50,024 nucleotides of DNA from Vampirovibrio sp. (GTDB taxonomy: Bacteria; Cyanobacteriota; Vampirovibrionia; Vampirovibrionales; Vampirovibrionaceae), in assembly GCA_019634025.1 (NCBI GenBank), contig JAHQWC010000055.1, forward strand, positions 1-50,024, in the 5' to 3' direction. The notes under the pieces were generated by a model that was given only the letters and a program-made list of their open reading frames with translations, did not search any database and had not been told where the DNA came from. Positions 19,938 to 28,927 of this stretch are shown piece after piece (position 1 is the stretch's first letter; each line of letters starts with the position of its first letter). The translations under genes and the position numbers were made by a program.

Positions 19938-20898
19938 ATTTTCTAAACAATTCGCCGTAGGCCTTTTTATGCTGGCATTCTCTGTAACAGTCATCCCGTC
20001 TGCAGGCGCCTTTGGCCTGTTCGGCAAAAAACAGCCAGATGACTCTGCTAAAGTGGAAGAGGCCATCGAAGAATCCTCCGAAAGCTTTACCCTGGAAGAC
20101 GATAACGCGGCACAAACTGAAACCCAGACCACCGCTGTTGAAACCCCGGATCTCGATACCCTCTCGCCAGAGGCGCGCCAAGAACTGGTTAAGCTTTCAG
20201 AAGCCATCCAACAAGAACACCACACCATCGCCAATGAACTGCGAGATGGGGAAGACGACACCGTAAAAGACATTGCCCTGCTGTGGCAAGCCGCTGTAGA
20301 AAAAAGCGGCACCATCCGCTATGCCATTGAGAACTTATCACGCCGCGATGGAACCGCCCAAGGAATGCAAGGGGAAAGCTTCAGCAAGCGTCTGCTTAAA
20401 AGCGCCGCCAAAGTTGGTGGGATGGGTGCCTCCATTTGGACCCAAACACCCACAGGCCTGTTTGGCAGCAGTATGGTAGATGAAATGCTGCGGGGAGACC
20501 CTAATGTTTCAGCCATGACCCGAGTCACCGACGCTGATATGGTCATCTTGGCCAAAGAGGTAGAATCCCTCCAAGCCCAAGTCATTGAAAGCTATTACGA
20601 TTACCGTCACGCCCGCGAACGGTGGGAATTGGCCCAACAGGCAGAACAATCCATCACCGGCTTTTATGACAATCTCACTAAAAAGGTGGATTCTGGAGAC
20701 GTCGCTGCTGTTGCCATGCAACCCGTCGTAGACTCTTTATACGAAAACATTGTCCTAGAAGCCCTGACGGAAAAACAGGCATTTATCAGCAGCCGTAACG
20801 CGCTTGGCGTTTTGGTGGGCGTTGATGCGCTTCAGGCTTTGGAAGAAATCCACGAAAAAGAAAAAACCGCCTTCATGTCGGCTGAATCTGCTTCTTAA
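19921..20898 (+). CDS. Exported alpha-helical hypothetical protein, paralogue B
   Basis: Signal peptide; LWQAAVEKSGTIRYAIENL aligns with LWDATVERNPVIRFSLEKL of the upstream ORF. Confidence 0.8.
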   Translation: MKQMSKFSKQFAVGLFMLAFSVTVIPSAGAFGLFGKKQPDDSAKVEEAIEESSESFTLEDDNAAQTETQTTAVETPDLDTLSPEARQELVKLSEAIQQEHHTIANELRDGEDDTVKDIALLWQAAVEKSGTIRYAIENLSRRDGTAQGMQGESFSKRLLKSAAKVGGMGASIWTQTPTGLFGSSMVDEMLRGDPNVSAMTRVTDADMVILAKEVESLQAQVIESYYDYRHARERWELAQQAEQSITGFYDNLTKKVDSGDVAAVAMQPVVDSLYENIVLEALTEKQAFISSRNALGVLVGVDALQALEEIHEKEKTAFMSAESAS

Positions 20899-20935
20899 GT
20901 CTTAAATATATTATTCCAGTCTGAATATCAAAACC

Positions 20936-20965
20936 TAAAAGACGACGGTTACCCGTCGTCTTTTA
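20936..20965. terminator. Bidirectional intrinsic terminator
   Basis: TAAAAGACGACGG-TTAC-CCGTCGTCTTTTA between convergent genes. Confidence 0.85.
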
Positions 20966-20987
20966 AAAAGATTCATATGAACCTAGC

Positions 20988-21407
20988 CTATTCGGCAGGG
21001 GCTTCCTCAGCTTCAGCAGCAGGGGCTGCTGCTTCTACTGCGGCAGGCTCTTCAGTTTTAGGTTCTTCGGCAGCTGCAGGAGCAGCTTCCTCAGCAGGTT
21101 TATCTTCATCTGCTTTGGCTTTGGCCTTTTTAGACAAACGTTCCTTGCGAACCAGCTCCAGGCGAATCAATTCACCGGATTCTGGGGCTTTATCGATGAG
21201 CCATTTCACTTTATCTGAAGGCTGAGCGCCTTTAGAGACCCAATCCAGGGCCTGAGTCTTGTTCAGTTTCAAATCTTTTGTCAGGGGATTGTAGTACCCC
21301 AGTTCTTCAATAGGCGCACAATCCCGGCGAGCGCGGATATCCGTCACCACAATCCGGTAAAATGGACGCTTTTTCCGTCCCAGGCGCTTCAAGCGAATCT
21401 TAACCAT
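20988..21407 (-). CDS. rpsP: 30S ribosomal protein S16 with acidic Ala/Glu-rich tail
   Basis: [38 protein letters not shown]. Confidence 0.97.
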   Translation of the reverse strand: MVKIRLKRLGRKKRPFYRIVVTDIRARRDCAPIEELGYYNPLTKDLKLNKTQALDWVSKGAQPSDKVKWLIDKAPESGELIRLELVRKERLSKKAKAKADEDKPAEEAAPAAAEEPKTEEPAAVEAAAPAAEAEEAPAE

Positions 21408-21510
21408 AAAAGACTTTATCTCCACATTGTCAAAGGGTTGGCTATTCTTTGTATCACAAAGCCAACTACCATGACAAGATTGATATTATTAAGAAATGAC
21501 GCAGGTGCGT

Positions 21511-21885
21511 CTATTTATTTTTTTGAACCAAATATATCGTACCCAGCAAGGCGGTTCCCAACAACAGTACCGTCAAAGTGGGACCTACTGATATAGCCGA
21601 AGGATTAGCTATATAGATGAGAGCCACTGCTGCAACAATATAAATACCGATAAATCGAGGCACTAAAAACGTCACGGCCAAAGCACCCAAAAAAGCCAAG
21701 ATAATGGCAAGTCCAAATATAGGTAGCTCTACCACACCGCTTAATACTAACGGCAATGACACCATAACCACAAACAAAGACCCAAAGAGGATAACCCCCC
21801 AAAATTCATGGAAAAACCACTTGGCTGTCGCCTCAGGGTCGCGGACGCCTTCTTCTTCACTTTCGTGGTGGGCCATCATCATCAT
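21511..21885 (-). CDS. Hypothetical membrane protein (about 4 TM)
   Basis: Hydrophobic ORF with AAGGAG RBS upstream. Confidence 0.7.
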   Translation of the reverse strand: MMMMAHHESEEEGVRDPEATAKWFFHEFWGVILFGSLFVVMVSLPLVLSGVVELPIFGLAIILAFLGALAVTFLVPRFIGIYIVAAVALIYIANPSAISVGPTLTVLLLGTALLGTIYLVQKNK

Positions 21886-22064
21886 CAGTCGCTCTGAACT
21901 CCTTAGTTAATAGCTGTTACGCCTCAGCTACCATACCAAACGAGGCAATGGTCAGTAACAGTAAAAAATAAATCAGAAAAAACCACAGGTTTTTAAAAAA
22001 CATCTCAACTTCATATTGCTTCTTAACCGGCTTTTGACGAACCATAATCTATCTCCTTCCGGCC

Positions 22065-22514
22065 TTAGCTAGATGCTTCTACAGCTTGACTTGCGGAACC
22101 AGTGGCGGCATCCGACGAATCAATGGTTTTTAAGTATTCCTGAAAATCGCCCACCATTTCCTGCAGCTTCTCGTATTCCAGCACAGATAGCCAATAGGCT
22201 TGAATACGTCGCTGATCGGTACTGGGTTTTATTTTCGGCATCCGGGTGCCCAGCAGGCGTTCCCGCAAAAACTTGTTGCCTTCCCGGTAATGGCAGTCTC
22301 CAATCCGGCAGCCACAGGCAAAGGTCCCGTCTGCACCATTTTTCAAGGCCGTTTCCAGCATAATGGGCTGAATCATCCCACTACAAGGCACCTTGATAAT
22401 CTGAACATTGGGATCATCTTTCAAGCAACCTTTTTCATCCAACTGATCCTTCAGCTCGACGCTCCGTTCACAGACCAGTCCGATGATTTTCTCTTTGTTT
22501 TCTGTTGAAGTCAT
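22065..22514 (-). CDS. MvhD/FlpD-like hydrogenase iron-sulfur subunit
   Basis: IIGLVC, VPCSG, GADG...GC..GDCHYREGN pattern of the MvhD/FlpD [2Fe-2S] family. Confidence 0.88.
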   Translation of the reverse strand: MTSTENKEKIIGLVCERSVELKDQLDEKGCLKDDPNVQIIKVPCSGMIQPIMLETALKNGADGTFACGCRIGDCHYREGNKFLRERLLGTRMPKIKPSTDQRRIQAYWLSVLEYEKLQEMVGDFQEYLKTIDSSDAATGSASQAVEASS

Positions 22515-22549
22515 ATGCTTGTCTTCCTTAAATGCGTCTTGGCTGAAGT

Positions 22550-23674
22550 TTATGAGGACGTCGTCGCCAGCGCGACTTTAATTTCTTCCAATACATCCGC
22601 TGATTCTCGACGGGGAATTTCAATGGCCTTAAAAGCACAGGCGCCTACACATAAACCGCAGTTAGAACACCGTCCGGCATCCACCACGGCTAAACGTTTA
22701 AAGCGAGTGTCATCATCCCGGTCCACCATCTCAATAGCTTCATAAGGGCAGTCATGGTAGCACAGGGAACATCCGGTACAGTTCTCAAACTTCACATGGG
22801 CAAACTGACCGCGCAAGGTCTTTTTATGCAGATAGGGTAGCCACAGCAGGGCGACAATCACACCCAAGGTCAACGCCCATACCCAACCGGCATCCCATCC
22901 TTTTACCGCTAGCCATTGGGGCCACATATACAACAGATCAAAGGAAATGGATTGAGAGAAAGCAGCCCTGTTCGGATCAGCGCCCAACTCTACCGGGAAG
23001 AACCCGCAAATCATAAATAAACCGCCCAGCAACAGCAGGTATAACGGCGCCGGAGCATCGGTGACCGGGCGGGTAATCCGCAGGTAATGCATCCATAAAA
23101 AGAACATCAACAACCCAGGAATCGCCAAGTGCAAAAACAGCAACCGGGTCAGGGTAAAGTCCACCATCTTGCCGCCGGGCATAAAAAACTCGGCCAATCC
23201 GGCCCCCACTAAGGGCAAGGCTCCCAGCAGGTTCACCGTCATGCTGGTCAGGTTCACCGCTTCCTGGTCCCAAATCAACAGGTAGCCGGTTAAACCCACC
23301 AGAAAGGTGATGGTTAACAAAATCACGCCGGTGAGCCACGGAATAATCCGGTATTCTCGATACCGATCCGTAAACCACACGCGCAACATGTGCAGCAACA
23401 CAAAAATCATCATGCCATCCGCTGCATAACGGTGGATACTACGAAATGCGTTTCCAAACGGAATCTGCTCGGTAATATATTTTACCGACGGATACGCCTT
23501 TGTCATGGTGGGCACGTAGTAGGCAAACAGGAGCAAGCCGGAAATAAACAGCGTCCAGATGAAAAAGTTCGGCAAGGCGCCATGGTAATAGAACGGATTG
23601 TATTTTTGAGAAAAGACCTTGTTCAAGCCTTTCTCAATCCACAGGGTAAAGGTTTGTAGCCGTTCCGTATACAT
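22550..23674 (-). CDS. Cytochrome b fused to a C-terminal 2x[4Fe-4S] ferredoxin domain
   Basis: Four heme His (H81, H95, H182, H196), GLTGYLLIWDQ; CTGCSLCYHDCP and CSNCGLCVGACA. Confidence 0.9.
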   Translation of the reverse strand: MYTERLQTFTLWIEKGLNKVFSQKYNPFYYHGALPNFFIWTLFISGLLLFAYYVPTMTKAYPSVKYITEQIPFGNAFRSIHRYAADGMMIFVLLHMLRVWFTDRYREYRIIPWLTGVILLTITFLVGLTGYLLIWDQEAVNLTSMTVNLLGALPLVGAGLAEFFMPGGKMVDFTLTRLLFLHLAIPGLLMFFLWMHYLRITRPVTDAPAPLYLLLLGGLFMICGFFPVELGADPNRAAFSQSISFDLLYMWPQWLAVKGWDAGWVWALTLGVIVALLWLPYLHKKTLRGQFAHVKFENCTGCSLCYHDCPYEAIEMVDRDDDTRFKRLAVVDAGRCSNCGLCVGACAFKAIEIPRRESADVLEEIKVALATTSS

Positions 23675-23706
23675 ATCTTACCGTTCCTCGTTTATAACTA
23701 TTGGGC

Positions 23707-24321
23707 TTACGATTTTTTCTGCCGGTCTGGCGCACGAGTCGCCAGCTCTTCTTCATGCCCCAGACTGATATAGGCAATGGCTGTCACCACAAAGATCAGA
23801 CCAATTCCCAAAAAGTAAGGCTTCAGCCCGGTAGAGATCATTTGCCGAACCGCTTCGGCATTATTCATCTGCTCAAGGGTCAGGTTAATGTTCCCTTCAC
23901 CACAGATCATCACCAGCATACCAAATAAGCCGGAGGCGAACACCAGGATTAACAGGACAACTTCTTTCATGGCAGATCCTTTTGCGGCAGATTCTAAGCG
24001 GGAAACCTCAACCTTAGTGGTCTTCCCCTCAACATCGCCATTCAGTTTCCGGTAAAGCGCCTCAAAGGGACCAAACTCCCGCTGAATCTTCCCTTTAATC
24101 TTCTCTTTAACATACCCGTCAAACATCAACACCAAAAACGTCACTGCTAAAAAGGCAATGGCACCTAACAAAGCCAACCCGTTCATATCTGTTGGCGTCA
24201 CGGTAAACGTTTTAAACGTCTGAAAGAAAAGCGACAGACCATAGGTAGAGAGTCCAAAGACCACCCACCATAAAAGGCTGTTCATGCCAGAGAAAGATTT
24301 TTTGTCCATCATACTCTTCAT
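23707..24321 (-). CDS. Hypothetical 4-TM protein inside the respiratory operon
   Basis: Two pairs of TM segments; 4-nt overlap with the upstream cytochrome b. Confidence 0.75.
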   Translation of the reverse strand: MKSMMDKKSFSGMNSLLWWVVFGLSTYGLSLFFQTFKTFTVTPTDMNGLALLGAIAFLAVTFLVLMFDGYVKEKIKGKIQREFGPFEALYRKLNGDVEGKTTKVEVSRLESAAKGSAMKEVVLLILVFASGLFGMLVMICGEGNINLTLEQMNNAEAVRQMISTGLKPYFLGIGLIFVVTAIAYISLGHEEELATRAPDRQKKS

Positions 24322-25778
24322 GCGCCAGCCTCCGCCATTTCCTGACGGGTTTTGCGCCGAGAGTCAACCATAATTAAGATTTCAGCAAGCACTACCTGAC
24401 CAATAGAGAAGGCCGCCCACAGCATACTCCAATATAGGTTCGCCGGGTTCCAACCTTCTGGCAGAGCACCACCACTAAAGCTATTAAACCAAACCATAAG
24501 CCAGTCTGCTGCAAAGACATGCCAGAAAAAGAGGTACCAAACCCCAAACAAGGCACAACCATACACCCAGGCACGTAGTGGAAGCTGCTGCTGGTATTGG
24601 CCCCAATGCCAGAACTGACCAATCCCCATAAAGAGGATCATATGGCCAAACCAAAACGGCGGATCTGTCTCAATATTGGATTTATTCATCACAATCATGG
24701 CCGAGAACACCAAAAACTCAACGGCGGCGGCAATCCCCACCATGGTAAAAATAGGCCGTTTCCACATGTTCCGCTCTTCGCCCCAATCCAGAAAAGCCAA
24801 ACCAATGGTAATTACCGGAATCCCTACGGTCCAAATTGTAGCCCAATAGGGATCCATATACCGAAGCATCTGATACAACGCCAGGAAGTACCAATCCGAC
24901 AGAATCGGCAACGGTGTCACCTCAGGGTTTGCCCGAGACCCTGTCTCCGCCGGAATCATAATGGCGGTAATCAATACCATGCCCAACATAATCAAAATGG
25001 CAGGCATCCGCAGGTTCAACCGCTTAAACCGGTTTTTGTAGAAGTACAATTCCGTCACTACCAGCAGGATCAGCGAAATCGTAAAGTGCAACGAATAAAA
25101 CCGGGTCATCGTCGCCTGCCCAATAGAGCTGCCCCCCAGTAAAATCTGAGAGGTGGTCATCCCCTGGTGGGTATAATCGCCAATCATTTTTGTTACCGCG
25201 CCAATGGCGTTGGGTAAAAACCAGGTGTTTTCCACCACAATACCTTCCCACGGCCAGTACCAGTATTTCGGGGTAATATCCAGGTACATCGGGAAGGTGG
25301 CAAAAATCTTGGTGGCCCAAAATGCCCGCTGGTTCCAGATCAACAGATAGCCCGTTAACCCGGAGTACATCGCTGCAAGTAGCAGAATAATAGACAATAC
25401 AAAGGTAAACTCACCTTTGTTCTTGTATTCGGCGTTAAAGTACATCCGATACACCCTTAACGTGGCGGCAATAATCATGCCGTCCCCCGCATATTTATGC
25501 AACCCTCTGAGGATCATTCCCAGTTTGTTTTCTGAAAAGCTGATAATGGAGTCAAAAGCTTGAGAGGTAGTCGGCAAATAAATGGCTACCAGAATCACAC
25601 CGCTGATAATGACCACCATCCAATACAGATAGTAAATACCCCCTAATTGGTACCAGGGAGACTCTTTTTGCAGGTCTGCCTTGGTCTCGTCAAAAAAATC
25701 AATCTTCGCCAACCGGTCCTGGACAAATTTCCAGCCGTCGGCAGGCGCTTGCTTTAATTGAGAAATGACACCTGCCAT
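24318..25778 (-). CDS. Cytochrome b (b6 plus subunit IV-like, unsplit) lacking the bH ligands
   Basis: RGLHKY, GLTGYLLIWNQRAFWA, TRFYSLH, ANPEVTPLPILSDWYF (PEWY equivalent). Confidence 0.9.
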   Translation of the reverse strand: MAGVISQLKQAPADGWKFVQDRLAKIDFFDETKADLQKESPWYQLGGIYYLYWMVVIISGVILVAIYLPTTSQAFDSIISFSENKLGMILRGLHKYAGDGMIIAATLRVYRMYFNAEYKNKGEFTFVLSIILLLAAMYSGLTGYLLIWNQRAFWATKIFATFPMYLDITPKYWYWPWEGIVVENTWFLPNAIGAVTKMIGDYTHQGMTTSQILLGGSSIGQATMTRFYSLHFTISLILLVVTELYFYKNRFKRLNLRMPAILIMLGMVLITAIMIPAETGSRANPEVTPLPILSDWYFLALYQMLRYMDPYWATIWTVGIPVITIGLAFLDWGEERNMWKRPIFTMVGIAAAVEFLVFSAMIVMNKSNIETDPPFWFGHMILFMGIGQFWHWGQYQQQLPLRAWVYGCALFGVWYLFFWHVFAADWLMVWFNSFSGGALPEGWNPANLYWSMLWAAFSIGQVVLAEILIMVDSRRKTRQEMAEAGA

Positions 25779-26444
25779 CTAGGAAATCCCTCCTGCCTCA
25801 ACTTTGGTCACCACCAGCTTATTTGCAGCGGTGTCCACATCCATTTCAAAAATCCGAGGTGGCCGTGGCGCAGGGCCACTAACAACAGCGCCACGAATGT
25901 CACCGAGATCCGTTCCGGTTGCGCCTTCCTGCAGAGGATCAAACACACTGAAGTGGCACGGACATGCAAACAGCGGGTTTTTGGCTAACGGATAGTTATA
26001 ATCCACCGCTTTCGCCGGATCCGTTAAAAAGTTGAACACACAGCCCATGTGTGGACAAATGCGACTCACAGCATGAAAGACTTTTTCGCCACCCTCATCT
26101 GGCAGCCGAACCACGAACCCTGGAATATTAATAGCTTGGAAGCCTTTAAACGTATACTCTCTGCTTTTCTGGCCAAAGGTAAACGTTTGGTAAGACCACG
26201 GTGTCGGAAAATCATCCAGCGAGAACACAATGTCCCGTTCCCGAACCGGTAAATCCGGATTACTAAAGAGGCCACCGCCCCCTTTCCATTCTAAAGGACT
26301 GCCTTTAAAGCTAAATTTGGTCAACGTCTCGCCAATAGGCCCGGCACTGGGCCGCAGATAGCGTACCAGCGGAGAGATAAACAGGCCAATGGCGCCCAAC
26401 AACGGCAGGCCAAACAATATTTTCAAAAACGCTCGGCGATCCAT
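25779..26444 (-). CDS. Rieske [2Fe-2S] subunit of a cytochrome bc-type complex
   Basis: Tat-like RRAFLK anchor; CPHMGC and CPCHFS boxes; GPAPRP. Confidence 0.93.
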   Translation of the reverse strand: MDRRAFLKILFGLPLLGAIGLFISPLVRYLRPSAGPIGETLTKFSFKGSPLEWKGGGGLFSNPDLPVRERDIVFSLDDFPTPWSYQTFTFGQKSREYTFKGFQAINIPGFVVRLPDEGGEKVFHAVSRICPHMGCVFNFLTDPAKAVDYNYPLAKNPLFACPCHFSVFDPLQEGATGTDLGDIRGAVVSGPAPRPPRIFEMDVDTAANKLVVTKVEAGGIS

Positions 26445-26447
26445 GGC

Positions 26448-27551
26448 TTAGTGTCCTCCCTCGCTGACTTCTTCAGAAGGTGCAGCTGGTTTTGGAGCCG
26501 CACCAGCGTTCCGAGGTGTTACCGGCGGAATCAAAGGATGTACGCCTTCAGGCCTGGGCAATGCCACTCCGGCAGGGATTTCATCATCCGGCGACAAGTC
26601 GTTGTTGTAGGATAACGACCGTACATGCCGAATCAACATCCAGATCATTTTATCGTCATATTTAAAGTTTTTCTGCTTATCTTCATTTCCCAGCCATGCC
26701 GGCATGCCAGAAGGGTAAATCCCTTCACTCACATATTTGAATAACTGGGCATCCGTCCGGTTATACATCCGGGCATAATGATCCTTCAGGTTCGCTGGCG
26801 GCGGCTTAAAGATACCTCCGTGAACTTTAATAGACTCTGCGCCTTCATGTTTAGGCATACCCGTATGCAACGGGCCATCCGCAAAACCACGTTTTCCATG
26901 GCACACGGCACAGTTCTGACCAAACACTGCCGCCACATCTACAGGTTCACCAGCCAAATTGTCATACTTCATATCCCCGTTACCGGCTAAGTGACGTGCA
27001 TAAAAAGCTGCTTCCCACCGCTGGTCTCGGGTCAATTTATCCCGTAAAGGACCAGCAGGGTGAACCTGCGCCAACAGATCCAAACGGCCATTCTTTTCAG
27101 AAACAACCATCTCTTCCGGTTTTTTACCCGTGGTCAAAAACAGATACACATCAATCGGCGTGGTATAGGCCAATACTTTTTGCTTATCTTGCTGCTGCCA
27201 GTAGCCAGCAGCGTGACAGGAAAGACAGTTATTCTCATAGACACTCTTCCCATTCGTCAAAGACGGTGGGGCAGACGGAAAGGCAAAATCTTCTTCAGAA
27301 ATCCGCTCATCAAACACCGGCTCGGACAGAAGACTCGTATTGTCTTTAATTTCTTCTTTAGCACAACCCGTCACTGTTAGTGCAACAGCAGCAGATAACA
27401 ACCCTAATGAAAAAACGCGTCTGGCCGACTTCAAAACAGACAAAACGCCGGAAAAACGAGAGAATCCCTTTTCCTCAATATTTGCGTTTGTTTTGTTGTT
27501 GGCGTCCATATCCATAGAAATCATTGTCCCTGTTGAATCATTAGTAACCAT
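26448..27551 (-). CDS. Diheme cytochrome c, probable lipoprotein
   Basis: CLSCH and CAVCH heme motifs, GMPAW distal Met, lipobox-like VTGC; start uncertain. Confidence 0.88.
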   Translation of the reverse strand: MVTNDSTGTMISMDMDANNKTNANIEEKGFSRFSGVLSVLKSARRVFSLGLLSAAVALTVTGCAKEEIKDNTSLLSEPVFDERISEEDFAFPSAPPSLTNGKSVYENNCLSCHAAGYWQQQDKQKVLAYTTPIDVYLFLTTGKKPEEMVVSEKNGRLDLLAQVHPAGPLRDKLTRDQRWEAAFYARHLAGNGDMKYDNLAGEPVDVAAVFGQNCAVCHGKRGFADGPLHTGMPKHEGAESIKVHGGIFKPPPANLKDHYARMYNRTDAQLFKYVSEGIYPSGMPAWLGNEDKQKNFKYDDKMIWMLIRHVRSLSYNNDLSPDDEIPAGVALPRPEGVHPLIPPVTPRNAGAAPKPAAPSEEVSEGGH

Positions 27552-27753
27552 AAAACTTAATCCAAGACACCGAGGCCCACAGAATAATCAGGGTAAAGAA
27601 CAACCACAAGAACCAAGGTACCTGGTGCTCTCCGACTTCAAATTCGGCATATTCGTCTCCATCAGGTCGATCAGTCGCCGAACTTTCTGAAGCAGCATTT
27701 TCCGAAGTTACAGACTCCGACTGAGGCGTTGTGGTTTCTTCAGCGTCTACCAT
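27541..27753 (-). CDS. Small single-TM protein resembling the CcoP/FixP N-terminal membrane segment
   Basis: EVGEHQVPWFLWLFFTLIILWASVSW; position within the cco operon. Confidence 0.6.
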   Translation of the reverse strand: MVDAEETTTPQSESVTSENAASESSATDRPDGDEYAEFEVGEHQVPWFLWLFFTLIILWASVSWIKFYGY

Positions 27754-27756
27754 AAT

Positions 27757-27927
27757 CTAGTCTTCATCCTTTAGCATTGCATACTTTGCCTGTTCCAAGT
27801 TCTCCAACCGGCCCGTGCCGGACGCCCAAAACAGAGCGATTACCGCCATCAGAAAAAACAATCCGCAGATAAAGAAGGCGGCAATGTAGCCGGGACCAAT
27901 TCCACCAGAAAGACAACTCGGGCACAT
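27757..27927 (-). CDS. ccoS: cbb3-type oxidase assembly protein CcoS/FixS (not in ORF track)
   Basis: Manual translation MCPSCLSGGIGPGYIAAFFICGLFFLMAVIALFWASGTGRLENLEQAKYAMLKDED*; ATG overlaps the ccoO stop (TAATG). Confidence 0.78.
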   Translation of the reverse strand: MCPSCLSGGIGPGYIAAFFICGLFFLMAVIALFWASGTGRLENLEQAKYAMLKDED

Positions 27928-28895
27928 TAGTGAGGTCGTCCTCCGCCGTATTGATACGCGCCATGATCGGCGCCCAGGTTTTCAATATATTTGTAGTTAT
28001 CATCCAGCTTATTGGGATCATCCAATTGGCTAAATTCCGTCACCTCTACCTCACCGGCAGCAGCGCTACCGTCGTTTGGCAAGGTTTTCAAGAAAGCGAC
28101 CAGATACAACATATCTTCATCGCTCAACGATTTTTTCCACCGGGGCATGCGAGTCCCAGCCACACCTTCAGCAACCCGCCAATACCACATATCGTTGGAA
28201 TAGGCGGCATAGTAAGGCCGGGTAAAATTGGCCGGTTTTTTCGCCATGGTAGCGCTTACAGGACCATTACCTTTGCCCTGCACCCCGTGGCACACAGCAC
28301 AATTTTGCATATAGATCCCGCGACCCGCATTGGCGGCGGCAGAAGAATCCACATCCACCAATTCACTAATCACGTGATATTTATCGCGATATTCTTGCGG
28401 CCCGTTAATCCAGTGCGGTTGTTTCCGTTTTGCACCCAGAGTTTGCAGATAGGCAATCAAGTCACTCATATCATCATGACTCAGATAACTAAAGGAGGGC
28501 ATAATGGATCCCGGCTTCACGGCGCGAGGGTTCACATGGTGCGCCCAATGCCAAGAATCGGGGTACTTACCACCGATGTTAGACAAATCCGGACCCGTCC
28601 GCTCCGTGCCTAAAACGTGAGGCGTTTCATGTACATAATCCCCAGCAGCCACCATCTCGCCGGTTTCACGATCTTGATACCGGACAAACTGGGTGTGGCA
28701 GTAAAAGCAACCTTCCCGCCGATAAACATTCCGCCCCCGCAACACGGCAGGATCTTCCTGCTCGTAGTTGGTAGCCACCTCACTGGCTTCGGGCTGAAAC
28801 TTCAGGTAGGGCAAGTACACCGTCACCACAATAATGGTTACAAATACCAGGGCGATATAGGCGCCGGCCACTAAATAATTAAGTCGTTTTTCCAT
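27927..28895 (-). CDS. ccoO: cbb3-type cytochrome c oxidase subunit II with an extra heme c domain
   Basis: GRNVYRREGCFYCHTQFVR, GTERTGPDL, PGSIMP; second CAVCH domain. Confidence 0.92.
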   Translation of the reverse strand: MEKRLNYLVAGAYIALVFVTIIVVTVYLPYLKFQPEASEVATNYEQEDPAVLRGRNVYRREGCFYCHTQFVRYQDRETGEMVAAGDYVHETPHVLGTERTGPDLSNIGGKYPDSWHWAHHVNPRAVKPGSIMPSFSYLSHDDMSDLIAYLQTLGAKRKQPHWINGPQEYRDKYHVISELVDVDSSAAANAGRGIYMQNCAVCHGVQGKGNGPVSATMAKKPANFTRPYYAAYSNDMWYWRVAEGVAGTRMPRWKKSLSDEDMLYLVAFLKTLPNDGSAAAGEVEVTEFSQLDDPNKLDDNYKYIENLGADHGAYQYGGGRPH

Positions 28896-28927
28896 AAGCC
28901 GCTAACTCAGAGGTGCTCCCTACTCTT

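Noticed and set aside
27764-28021. 85-aa track ORF between ccoO and the small TM gene
   Set aside because: Overlaps ccoO out of frame; the ccoS-like frame 27757-27927 fits better.
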